A stretch of 64,000 bases of DNA from an uncultured Gammaproteobacteria bacterium (GTDB taxonomy: Bacteria; Patescibacteriota; Patescibacteriia; Patescibacteriales; WJLG01): NCBI GenBank assembly GCA_964395625.1, contig CAYNAR010000001.1, positions 64,019 through 128,018 on the forward strand, read 5' to 3'. The translations under genes and the position numbers were made by a program. This document shows, piece after piece, positions 11,879 to 20,574 of the stretch. Below the pieces are notes generated by a model. The model ran no database searches and had not been told where the DNA came from. It saw only the letters and a list, made by a program, of their open reading frames with translations. Each line of letters starts with the position of its first letter. Position 1 is the stretch's first letter.

Positions 11879-13098
11879 AGATACTTTTGGTCAATAATTA
11901 TCACTATCTTCGCGGCGGCAGCGAGCGCGCTTATTTCGACACTGCCAAAGTCTTGGAGCAGAACGGGCACCAGGTGGCCTTCTTTTCGACCAAGAATCCA
12001 AAGAATAAGCCGACGCCTTGGGATAAGTATTTCATTTCCGATGTCGATTTGGCCTCTCGTCTCTCTTTCTTCGATAAGGCCAAGGCCTTTATCCGTCTTT
12101 TCGCCAATGCCGAGGCCGACAAGAAATTAAGGGAGTTGATCGCCGATTTTAAGCCGGACATAGTCCATCTTCACAATGTCGCCCATCATCTTTCACCATC
12201 GATAATCAGAGTCGTTAAGAGTGCCGGCCTGCCGTTAGTGATGACTTTGCACGACTATCAGTTGATATCACCGAGTCGTAATCTTTTGGTTAGGGGTAGA
12301 GTATGGGAGGAAAGTCGTCCTAATAAATTCTATCGTTGCTTCACCGATCGTTGCATCGGCAACTCTTATTCTAAGAGTTTTGTCGCAATGCTAGAAAGCT
12401 ATTGGCATTATCTTTTTAAATCATATTCCGGAGTGGATTGTTTCGTTTCGCCGAGTGTCTTTTTACTTAAGAAGTTCCATGAATATGGTTTTGATGGCAA
12501 AATATATTATCTACCGAATCCTATATTTGCCGAAGAGATATCGCATATCCTGTCTTGGGAGAATAATCACATACTTTTCTATGGCCGTCTGGATAGCGAG
12601 AAGGGTGTCGACGATCTCTTGACCGCTTATGCGCGCATAGATACCGATGTCAATTTGCATATCGTCGGTGATGGGACGATGGGAGATTATTTAAGGAATA
12701 AGGCTAAGCGTCTTGGCGGTAGGGTGAAATTCTTCGGTCGCTTGGAAGGGGAGAGTCTGTGGCGAATGGTTCGTGGTGCCAGATTCGTCGTCATTCCGTC
12801 GCGCTGGTATGAGAATGCTCCTTACTCCGCGTTGGAACCGATGGCTTTGGGTAGGGCGGTTCTGGCTGCCGATATCGGCGGGTTAGGGGAGATTATCCGT
12901 GATAAGGAGAATGGCTTCCTCTTTAAAGTCGGCGATGTCGACGATTTGGAAAGGAAGATGCGCCATCTGTTGAGTGGCGAAGAGGATTTGAAGAAGGTTG
13001 GTCAGAGGGCCTCTGCCGATGTCCGCGAGAACAATTCCCCGGCCAAGTATTACGATTATCTGATGGAGGTTTATAAGCGTGCCAGGAACGGCGGATAG
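11875..13098 (+). CDS. GT4-family glycosyltransferase
   Basis: ATGA overlap with the upstream gene; C-terminal YENAPYSALEPMALGRAVLAADIGGLGEII (EX7E-type region). Confidence 0.8.
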   Translation: MKILLVNNYHYLRGGSERAYFDTAKVLEQNGHQVAFFSTKNPKNKPTPWDKYFISDVDLASRLSFFDKAKAFIRLFANAEADKKLRELIADFKPDIVHLHNVAHHLSPSIIRVVKSAGLPLVMTLHDYQLISPSRNLLVRGRVWEESRPNKFYRCFTDRCIGNSYSKSFVAMLESYWHYLFKSYSGVDCFVSPSVFLLKKFHEYGFDGKIYYLPNPIFAEEISHILSWENNHILFYGRLDSEKGVDDLLTAYARIDTDVNLHIVGDGTMGDYLRNKAKRLGGRVKFFGRLEGESLWRMVRGARFVVIPSRWYENAPYSALEPMALGRAVLAADIGGLGEIIRDKENGFLFKVGDVDDLERKMRHLLSGEEDLKKVGQRASADVRENNSPAKYYDYLMEVYKRARNGG

Positions 13099-13191
13099 GG
13101 CTTTTTTAAAGAAGAAGATTGAAACAACCCTGATTTAGGGTTGTTTTTGTTTTATATCCAATGTCTTAAGACCTCTCTTTTGTGTCGTTCG

Positions 13192-13220
13192 TTGACATTT
13201 TTACAAAAACGTGCTATCAT
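13192..13220 (+). promoter_or_regulatory. Promoter TTGACA-17-TGcTATCAT
   Basis: Consensus elements 67 bp upstream of CDS 13287. Confidence 0.55.
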
Positions 13221-13286
13221 TATATGATGCCCTGAAAAAGGGCTGTTGATAACTATTATTTGTAATAATATAAGCAAATATTTTAT

Positions 13287-14561
13287 ATGAAAAAGATTGT
13301 AATAATCACCATTCTTTTGTCTTTGGTGGGATCGGCTTTTTTGATAGCCAACCCTGCCAAAAGTAAGGCTAAACCTTATTATTCCGGCGAAGCCACCAGC
13401 TATAATGGCAATGTCTATGTCGGCACCGTGAATAGCGGTAGTTTCGAATTGTTCGCTTTGGAGAATGGCAACTTGTATCGCAAGACTGCTATTCAATCGC
13501 AGGATCGCGAAAGCAAAGAATTCGCCGACCTCCTTTTTTGGAAGGAGAATGGTAAGTTGTTCGTCTTTTTAACTAATGGGCGTTACCTCTACAAGTTCGA
13601 CATCACCAATCCGATCGTGCCGAAGGAGATCTTGAAGATGAAGGATAATTCCTGGGATTGGTTCTTGCGTCTCGATACGATCAATGGAAAATTGGCCACT
13701 ATCGGTTCCAAAGGTATTAAGGTTTGGAATAAGGATATGATTGTGATCGATTCTTATAGCATGGTTAATAATTACAATTTAGGATCAGTTTCTTTTTCTA
13801 AGAATGGCGAGTCGATCTTGAATATGAAGAACGACGCTTTGCGCGTCTATAATACTGCTACTAGGAGTGAAGTTGCTAAGCACTCCGTCGTTTCTAACGA
13901 CGAGAGATCTGTTCGTCAGGCAGTGTTGAATAACGATGGTTCTGTTTATTTCGTGGATGATAAATCTTTGAAGCTTGTCGGCTTGGATGGTCAAACAAAG
14001 AAAGAATTCGAACATATCGCCGACACTGGTTATGACGTGGCTGATTCCATCAACTCCGATTATCTTTATTTTACCGATGGTATCGGTGTAGTGAAGATGG
14101 ATCGTAACACCTTTAAGCCGGTTAAATGGGCTTATTCCTACACCGACACCCCGGCCGGTTCTTGGGCGATGGGTTTGAAGGTTGTCTCCGACGGCTCTAC
14201 TGAAAAGGTTGTCGTCTTTAATGGTTCCAATATTTGGGTCCTTGATAGTAATTTGAAGACTTTGGCTTCCTATGAATCTCGTGAAGAGGACTATCGTCCT
14301 ATCGAGGATTTGTCCTTGGGCATCGATAAGACTTTCGCCGCCGCCGGTTCACAGGTTTCTTTAGTCGGTCAAGGTTTTGGCATCGGTGAGGAAATCAAGA
14401 TCGATTTCGCCGGAGTCAAACAGACTATCGTTAGATCCGACGTCAATGGTCGTTTCTCGACTATCTTGACCGTTCCGACCGTCTTGCCTGGCAATGTCGA
14501 CATCAAAGCCACCGGTCTTTCTACGAAGAGGACTTATAGCATGGCTTTCACTATACAGTAA
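13287..14561 (+). CDS. Secreted repeat (beta-propeller-like) protein with Ig-like C-terminal domain
   Basis: Signal peptide MKKIVIITILLSLVGSAFLIANPA; repetitive beta-strand pattern; fold not verified. Confidence 0.6.
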   Translation: MKKIVIITILLSLVGSAFLIANPAKSKAKPYYSGEATSYNGNVYVGTVNSGSFELFALENGNLYRKTAIQSQDRESKEFADLLFWKENGKLFVFLTNGRYLYKFDITNPIVPKEILKMKDNSWDWFLRLDTINGKLATIGSKGIKVWNKDMIVIDSYSMVNNYNLGSVSFSKNGESILNMKNDALRVYNTATRSEVAKHSVVSNDERSVRQAVLNNDGSVYFVDDKSLKLVGLDGQTKKEFEHIADTGYDVADSINSDYLYFTDGIGVVKMDRNTFKPVKWAYSYTDTPAGSWAMGLKVVSDGSTEKVVVFNGSNIWVLDSNLKTLASYESREEDYRPIEDLSLGIDKTFAAAGSQVSLVGQGFGIGEEIKIDFAGVKQTIVRSDVNGRFSTILTVPTVLPGNVDIKATGLSTKRTYSMAFTIQ

Positions 14562-14616
14562 ATTGAATTTTTATATACCCTCGCTGAAGAAGCGGGGGAA
14601 ATAAGAACTTAATCTT

Positions 14617-15795
14617 ATGAGAATAGCTTTTATCGGACAAAAAGGAATACCGTCGAAATCCGGAGGCGTAGAGAAACACGTCGAGGATTTGGCTGTGCGT
14701 TTGGCAAAGGACGGACACGAGGTTTTCGTTTACACTCGTCCTAATTACACCGATCCAAAAATGACGCAGTATAAGGGCGTTAAGCTTATCTCTTTGCCTA
14801 ATATAGCCACTAAGCATTTGGATGCTATCACTCATACTTTCCGCGCCTGTTTAGATGTCGTGAAAAGAGACGTCGACGTGGTGCATTTCCATTCCATCGG
14901 CCCTTCTTCTCTTATTTGGTTGGTTAAATTGTTGAAGCCTTCTATGCCGGTTGTCTCTACTTTTCATTCTATGTGCTATAAGCATCAGAAATGGGGTGTC
15001 ATTGCCAAGGCTTATTTGAAATTAGGTGAGATGTCTTCTTGTAAGATGGCCGATAAGACCATTACCGTCTCCAAGAATTTGAAGGATTACGCCGCTCGTA
15101 CATACAAGACTTCCGCCGAGTATATACCGAACGGAGTCAGTATTCCGTCCAGTAATTTCTCCGAGAAGGGTATTAAGTATTTCGGTCTCAAGAAAGACGG
15201 ATATATTCTGGCTTTGGGACGTATCGTTAAACACAAAGGTTTACAATATTTAATTAAAGCTTATAAGAACATTAAGACTTATAAGAAGCTGGTTATCGTC
15301 GGAGGCGGAGCTTATACCGATAAGTTCGTCCATAAATTGAAGGACTTGGCCGATGGCGATAAACGGATAATTTTCACCGGACAGCAATCCGGCCCGATAG
15401 TCGACGAATTCTTCGCGAATTGCTATCTATTCGTCCAGCCGTCGGAGTCGGAGGGGCTTTCTATCGCGCTTTTGGAGGCGATGGCTCATGGCAAGACCGC
15501 TCTAGTCTCGGATATTCCCGAGAACAAAGAGGCGATCGGTCATACCGGCTTTACTTTCCGTTCGAAGAATTCCGCCGATTTGATGGGCAAATTGAATTGC
15601 CTGTTGCGCAATCCGGATATCGTCAAGAAGATGGGGCGCATGGAGAGGAATAGGGTTCGCGTCGAGTATAACTGGGCCGACATCGTCAAAAAGATCGAAG
15701 CCTTATACGAGGACGTCATAAAGGAGAAGAAGAACGAGCGTCGTGCCTTGAAGAAGCTCCGATTCGCCCAAAGATTCATGAATTTATTTTTTTAA
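14617..15795 (+). CDS. GT4-family glycosyltransferase
   Basis: MRIAFIGQKGIPSKSGGVEKHVEDLA; SESEGLSIALLEAMAHGKTALVSDI. Confidence 0.8.
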   Translation: MRIAFIGQKGIPSKSGGVEKHVEDLAVRLAKDGHEVFVYTRPNYTDPKMTQYKGVKLISLPNIATKHLDAITHTFRACLDVVKRDVDVVHFHSIGPSSLIWLVKLLKPSMPVVSTFHSMCYKHQKWGVIAKAYLKLGEMSSCKMADKTITVSKNLKDYAARTYKTSAEYIPNGVSIPSSNFSEKGIKYFGLKKDGYILALGRIVKHKGLQYLIKAYKNIKTYKKLVIVGGGAYTDKFVHKLKDLADGDKRIIFTGQQSGPIVDEFFANCYLFVQPSESEGLSIALLEAMAHGKTALVSDIPENKEAIGHTGFTFRSKNSADLMGKLNCLLRNPDIVKKMGRMERNRVRVEYNWADIVKKIEALYEDVIKEKKNERRALKKLRFAQRFMNLFF

Positions 15796-15962
15796 AATAA
15801 GTTTGTAACCTAAGACAAATCCACAATCCTTTTCACTTTTAAAAGGATTATGGGCCGGGATAATCAGCTTTAAGTGGCTGATTTTTCCGGTCTATAACGG
15901 TTCTTTAAAAATTAAAGATACTTAACTATTTTTCATTCAACTTTTCTTAAAGGAGGCCTTTT

Positions 15963-17195
15963 ATGGTCAAGAAGAATTTTTTTTCGCTCGCGTTGGTTAT
16001 TGTCGGTCTGGCCCTTTTTATTTTTAGCTGTGCGGAGAATAATGTCGTTGGTGTCGGTGATGGTTCTGACAATCCGTTCTATGTCGTCGCATCTACTGCG
16101 GAGGAGGATAGTGTCGATACCATACTTATCAATACAACAGTCTTTTTTGTCGTAAAGACGAAGAAGAACTATGCGAATTTCGTTGATTCCATTTTGACTG
16201 TTACGTGGAAGTATAAGGACGGAACAGTCAAAGATGAAAACACCTGCGACAGGGGGCTATGTCAGGGCGAATACAAGTATAAGAAAATGGGTAAACAATC
16301 AGCTCAGATAATAGTATGCATGAAGAGCGGGACGGTATACACGGAAGATGTCTATATCTTCGTAAAAGAGCCCTTGGTGTTTACCGAGGGCGACAAAGAC
16401 TCTCTCTTCAAATGGATTAAATCCGATTCAGTTTCCGGAGTGGCGAATACCTATAAAGTTCGCATTGGTTTTGGTGACGCTGTAATGTCGAAAATAGCCA
16501 GGTTGAAAGGGGTTTCTCTTTCCATTGGGCGCAAAGGACCAACTGGCGACGATTGGACTGGTAGCATTATTCCGGTCACAACAAAAACTTCGGACGATAA
16601 GTTCTATTACTGCGATATTGTTCTGCCAGCAGGCAAGACCTACGATCTTAAAATTTGGTGCAACTCTTCGTCAGATGTCTTTTTGACGAAAGATGAGATG
16701 AGTGGCAACAAATTTTTTGATCAGAATAAGGAGATATTTTCTTTCTCGCTGAAGTACAACGGTCAAGTCGTTCCTAAAACGACTGACTATGGAACACCAA
16801 CAACGCCGATAGACACTACTAATAAGGTGGTTACTACCGATGGTTTGCCAGGTACTAATGGGGATAGCGGATCAAATTGGATTATGCGCTGGTCGTATAA
16901 TTCATTAAAGGACTCCGTTTTCTTCTATTTTCACATGAAAGGAATAGTGCTGTGTGCAACTGAAAGCGCTTGGACGAGAAGTAATATCGGTGGAACGGAA
17001 AACACTAAGACGAATATCGCCATGCTTGGTGACAGTGTTGGTGTGTGGCCTGTCTCACCGTCTCAATTCCCGTCCGGCGGACTGAAGATACTCTCTTATG
17101 GAAGAGGGACTTGCCAATCAGAGTTCGCCAATAGTAGTTATAAGACTACCGATGGGTCTGCATTGATATCTATCAATATAATACCCATCGACTGA
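15963..17195 (+). CDS. Putative lipoprotein, unknown function
   Basis: RBS AGGAGG; LALFIFSCAENN lipobox-like; shares a segment with CDS 17408. Confidence 0.65.
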   Translation: MVKKNFFSLALVIVGLALFIFSCAENNVVGVGDGSDNPFYVVASTAEEDSVDTILINTTVFFVVKTKKNYANFVDSILTVTWKYKDGTVKDENTCDRGLCQGEYKYKKMGKQSAQIIVCMKSGTVYTEDVYIFVKEPLVFTEGDKDSLFKWIKSDSVSGVANTYKVRIGFGDAVMSKIARLKGVSLSIGRKGPTGDDWTGSIIPVTTKTSDDKFYYCDIVLPAGKTYDLKIWCNSSSDVFLTKDEMSGNKFFDQNKEIFSFSLKYNGQVVPKTTDYGTPTTPIDTTNKVVTTDGLPGTNGDSGSNWIMRWSYNSLKDSVFFYFHMKGIVLCATESAWTRSNIGGTENTKTNIAMLGDSVGVWPVSPSQFPSGGLKILSYGRGTCQSEFANSSYKTTDGSALISINIIPID

Positions 17196-17407
17196 TAAGT
17201 TTATCGTTCTTTTTTAAAAGCCTTGGCGCAGAAATGTGTCCAAGGTTTTTTTATTTTTTGTTAATATTTTCTTTAAAATGACATAAAAAATTGTTTTTAG
17301 CAAATTGACTAAAGCCCTCTTGTTTTGTTATAATCTTCTTCTTCCCTGTTATGGGCTTTGCCCGAGAGGGTAATCGTTTTTTTAAAATTTTTTCAAGGAG
17401 GTTCTTC

Positions 17408-17848
17408 ATGAGAGCTTGTTTTTTTATCTTCGTCATGCTTCTTTTTTCTTGCAATAATACCGTGACCGTGACTGATTACGACCAGAAGAAGATGTTCGAT
17501 GTCGAATTCTTGTATTTCGAGGAGACCGACTATGCCAAGGTTCGTTTACTCTTTTCGGTCGATTGCTTCTCTCGCGGTCCGAAGTCTTTCGCTCTCGGGC
17601 CTGTCGATTGGAAGAATTATGTCTTATTGAAAAATTGCAGTAAGACGACCAGAAATGGTGAGGAATACTATTATTATTCCACTACGGTTAGATGTCGAGA
17701 TCTTAAGACGGTTTCCGCGGGATTGGATCTTGATAGAAAGATTTATTTGACCGGAGAGCAGATGGCCGGTTCGCGGTATTTCAACTCTGAAACCGACAAT
17801 TTCGCTTTCGAAGTCACAAGCTACGGTAGTGTTATCGCCGATCCTTAG
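17408..17848 (+). CDS. Putative lipoprotein, paralogous segment to 15963-17195
   Basis: RBS AGGAGG before ATG 17408; MLLFSCNN; LTGEQMAGSRYFNSETDNFAFEV vs LTKDEMSGNKFFDQNKEIFSFSL. Confidence 0.6.
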   Translation: MRACFFIFVMLLFSCNNTVTVTDYDQKKMFDVEFLYFEETDYAKVRLLFSVDCFSRGPKSFALGPVDWKNYVLLKNCSKTTRNGEEYYYYSTTVRCRDLKTVSAGLDLDRKIYLTGEQMAGSRYFNSETDNFAFEVTSYGSVIADP

Positions 17849-17934
17849 AATCAGTTCTTTTTTGATGACCCGGGAATTATTCCGGGTCTTTTATTTTTCT
17901 TGCTAAAATCTTTTTTTCTTGTTATTTTGTCTAT

Positions 17935-18297
17935 ATGATTCTAAATATAGACACTTCCGATAATGAGAATATCAAGCTTTCCTTACAAAGAGAGGACGGT
18001 AAAGTCTTCGATTTGGTTGAGCCGGCTCATCGGCAACAGGGTGAAAAATTATTACCGTCCTTAGAGAAGATGCTAAAGAAGGCTAAAACCAAGCTTTCAG
18101 ATATCAAAGAGGTTCGCGTGGCCAATAGCGGTGGTAGCTTCACTTCTTTGCGTATCGGCGTGACTACAGCGAACGCCTTGGCTTACGCCGTCGGAGCTAG
18201 TATCGGGGCGGATGGTGGGGAGTTGAAGAGTGGGGATTTTGGTGTCGTAGCACCTCTTTATGACCGAGAACCCGATATTGGGGGTAAAAAACAATAA
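17935..18297 (+). CDS. tsaB: TsaB/YeaZ-like protein, short (120 aa, N-terminal domain only)
   Basis: ILNIDTS...; GGSFTSLRIGVTTANALAYAVG matches the TsaB GPGSFTGLRIG region. Confidence 0.6.
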   Translation: MILNIDTSDNENIKLSLQREDGKVFDLVEPAHRQQGEKLLPSLEKMLKKAKTKLSDIKEVRVANSGGSFTSLRIGVTTANALAYAVGASIGADGGELKSGDFGVVAPLYDREPDIGGKKQ

Positions 18298-18420
18298 AAC
18301 TGTGCATTAACTGTTTATAACACTTTTCCACAGGAGACCATAAAAAACAGCAGTTCGCAAGGGCTGTTGTTTTGTTTTTGCTAATATTAGTTTTTGGCTT
18401 AATAAAAAGTGTTAGGGGGC

Positions 18421-18480
18421 GCAGTGGTTGACGGTGGGGCAAAAGTGGTGTATGATATAAGTGTATTGGTGAAAAGTGGG
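18421..18480 (+). promoter_or_regulatory. mraZ promoter (TTGACG-17-TATGAT, 18428-18456) overlapped by AAGTG(G/T) direct repeats (putative MraZ boxes)
   Basis: AAGTG at 18443, 18459 and 18474 (spacing 16 and 15 nt); further GTGG repeats upstream. Confidence 0.5.
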
Positions 18481-18580
18481 GAAGAGCGGTGAACGTCAGG
18501 TTATGGGTCTGGCATTGACCGCAACCCACTTTTGCGGGGAGACAATAAAAAGTCATTGTCTTTCGGCAAAAGCGGGTTTT

Positions 18581-19012
18581 ATGTTCATAGGAGAATATCA
18601 ACACAATTTGGACAATAAGGGGCGCTTAGCCGTACCGGCTAAATTTCGCCAATTACTGGAAGAGGGGGCAGTGGTTACCAAGGGTTTGGATAACTGTCTC
18701 TTTTTATATCCGAAGGACAAGTGGGAAGAGATGGCACATAAATTCGCTAATTTACCGATTAGCCAAGCCAAGGCTCGCGCTTTCGCTCGTCATATGTTGG
18801 CCGGAGCCATGCCTGTAGAATTCGATACGCAGGGTCGCATCACTTTACCGGAGTATCTTAGAAAATTCGCCCAATTGAACAAGGAGACGATTATCGCCGG
18901 CTTGTTCGATCGTTTGGAAATCTGGGATCAAAATAACTGGAATAAATATAAAGAGGATACCGAGAAGGATTCCGGAGAGATCGCCGAAGCTTTGGGTGAG
19001 ATGGGCGTGTAG
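18581..19012 (+). CDS. mraZ: Transcriptional regulator MraZ
   Basis: MFIGEYQHNLDNKGRLAVPAKFR; second half-domain DTQGRITLPEYLR; start ATG 18581 rather than track 18476. Confidence 0.9.
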   Translation: MFIGEYQHNLDNKGRLAVPAKFRQLLEEGAVVTKGLDNCLFLYPKDKWEEMAHKFANLPISQAKARAFARHMLAGAMPVEFDTQGRITLPEYLRKFAQLNKETIIAGLFDRLEIWDQNNWNKYKEDTEKDSGEIAEALGEMGV

Positions 19013-19042
19013 AACGATTAAGGAGATAATGGAAGGAATTTT

Positions 19043-19162
19043 GAAATTTGAATTTGGAAACAAGGTTCTTTGCCAGGGTTTCACCACTGACAATGGCCCT
19101 TGAAGAGGCCCCCGTCTTTTTCTTTTCCCTTGGATAAGGAGAGGATTCCAAATTCAAGTTTC
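19043..19162. repeat. 17-bp inverted repeat arms (19043-19059 / 19146-19162) enclosing about 86 bp between mraZ and rsmH
   Basis: GAAATTTGAATTTGGAA vs reverse complement GAAACTTGAATTTGGAA (16/17). Confidence 0.6.
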
Positions 19163-19245
19163 AGGATTTTTTTCCAATCTTTTGTGGGGTGGGCCGCACG
19201 AGGAGGCGGCTTCACCTTCAAAAGATAATCAAAAGATTTAACTTT

Positions 19246-20172
19246 ATGGATTACGCCCACATCCCCGTAATGCTTAACGAGGCGCTAGATTTTGTTCGGC
19301 CAAAAAAAGGAGGGCGTTATGTCGATTGCACTTTAGGCGGTGGTGGATACACTTCCGTCCTATCGGAAAAATCCGGCAATGACGGATTAGTCGTGTCTTT
19401 TGACCTGGACAAGAAGGCCATAGAGAATTTTTCTAAAAAGAATCCTGGCAACGTTCATCTAGTAAATGATAGTTTCCGCAATCTTGCGGCAAGAGTGGTC
19501 GAAGTGGCTCCTGATGAGCTTTTTGACGGTATAGTGATGGATTTAGGGCTGTCTTCTGCGCAGATAGACGATCCGGAGAGAGGGTTTTCCTTTAAGTTCG
19601 ATTCTTCCTTGGATATGTCGTTTTCCGGAAATTCCGATTTTACCCAGAAGTTGATAAATTACGGCAAGGAAAAGGATCTTTTGAAGATAATTTCCGAATA
19701 CGGAGAAGAGAAGTCGGCCAGAATGATAGTCAAGGCGATAATAGCGAAAAGAGCTGAGGCGCCGATAAAGACGGCTAAAGAATTGTCCAATGTGATAATG
19801 GATTGTCTTCCGGAGAGATTGAAGCACGGGAAGATACATCCGGCCACTAAGACCTTTCAAGCGTTGAGAATGGCTACTAACGACGAGCTGGAAAGCCTTA
19901 AGGAAGTATTGCCCCAAGCTTTGTCGCTTTTAGCTCCCGGTGGTCGTTTGGCGGTTGTTTCCTTTCATAGCCTGGAAGACAGGATAGTCAAAGATTTTTT
20001 TCGCAAAGAGAGCATGGACTGTGTTTGCCCGCCGAGTTTCCCTGTCTGTCGCTGTGGACACGTCAAAAAATTGAAGATAATAACAAAAAAACCGCTTCCG
20101 CCGAGTGTCGAAGAAATAGAGAAGAATGCCCGCTCCCGTAGCGCAAAGCTACGAGTAGCGGAAAAAATATAG
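19246..20172 (+). CDS. rsmH: 16S rRNA m4C1402 methyltransferase RsmH
   Basis: HIPVMLNEAL; DCTLGGGGYT; SFHSLEDRIVK. Confidence 0.92.
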   Translation: MDYAHIPVMLNEALDFVRPKKGGRYVDCTLGGGGYTSVLSEKSGNDGLVVSFDLDKKAIENFSKKNPGNVHLVNDSFRNLAARVVEVAPDELFDGIVMDLGLSSAQIDDPERGFSFKFDSSLDMSFSGNSDFTQKLINYGKEKDLLKIISEYGEEKSARMIVKAIIAKRAEAPIKTAKELSNVIMDCLPERLKHGKIHPATKTFQALRMATNDELESLKEVLPQALSLLAPGGRLAVVSFHSLEDRIVKDFFRKESMDCVCPPSFPVCRCGHVKKLKIITKKPLPPSVEEIEKNARSRSAKLRVAEKI

Positions 20173-20225
20173 ATTATAGCTTTCGAGGAAAAAAAACAAA
20201 AAAGAAATAAAAACAAAAATAAGTT

Positions 20226-20573
20226 ATGACAGAAAGAATTGAAGGCGTTTATTCTTGCGCCCCTATGGTTAATTGCGCTACAAAAAAAATAAGTCTAAAG
20301 ACCGCTAACAAGGTTTTGGCATTTGCATTATTCGTTTGCGGCATCTATTATATAACGACTATAAACGATTTAGTGGTCAAGGGTTTCGTTTTGCAGGATT
20401 TGAAGTCCAAGGCGGGAGTTTTGCGAGAGGATAATCGCAGTATGAATGATCGCGTCGTGGCCCTTAAATCTTGCAACGATTTGTCTTCCAGGATTCAGGC
20501 CCTGGGAATGGTCAGCTCTGATAAGATAGATTATATAAAAGTCGGGAAAGGGGTTTTGGCTTCTTCAAGATAA
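20226..20573 (+). CDS. FtsL/DivIC-like single-TM division protein
   Basis: Position between rsmH and ftsI; one TM (VLAFALFVCGIYYITTI) plus a short coiled segment. Confidence 0.5.
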   Translation: MTERIEGVYSCAPMVNCATKKISLKTANKVLAFALFVCGIYYITTINDLVVKGFVLQDLKSKAGVLREDNRSMNDRVVALKSCNDLSSRIQALGMVSSDKIDYIKVGKGVLASSR

Positions 20574-20574
20574 A

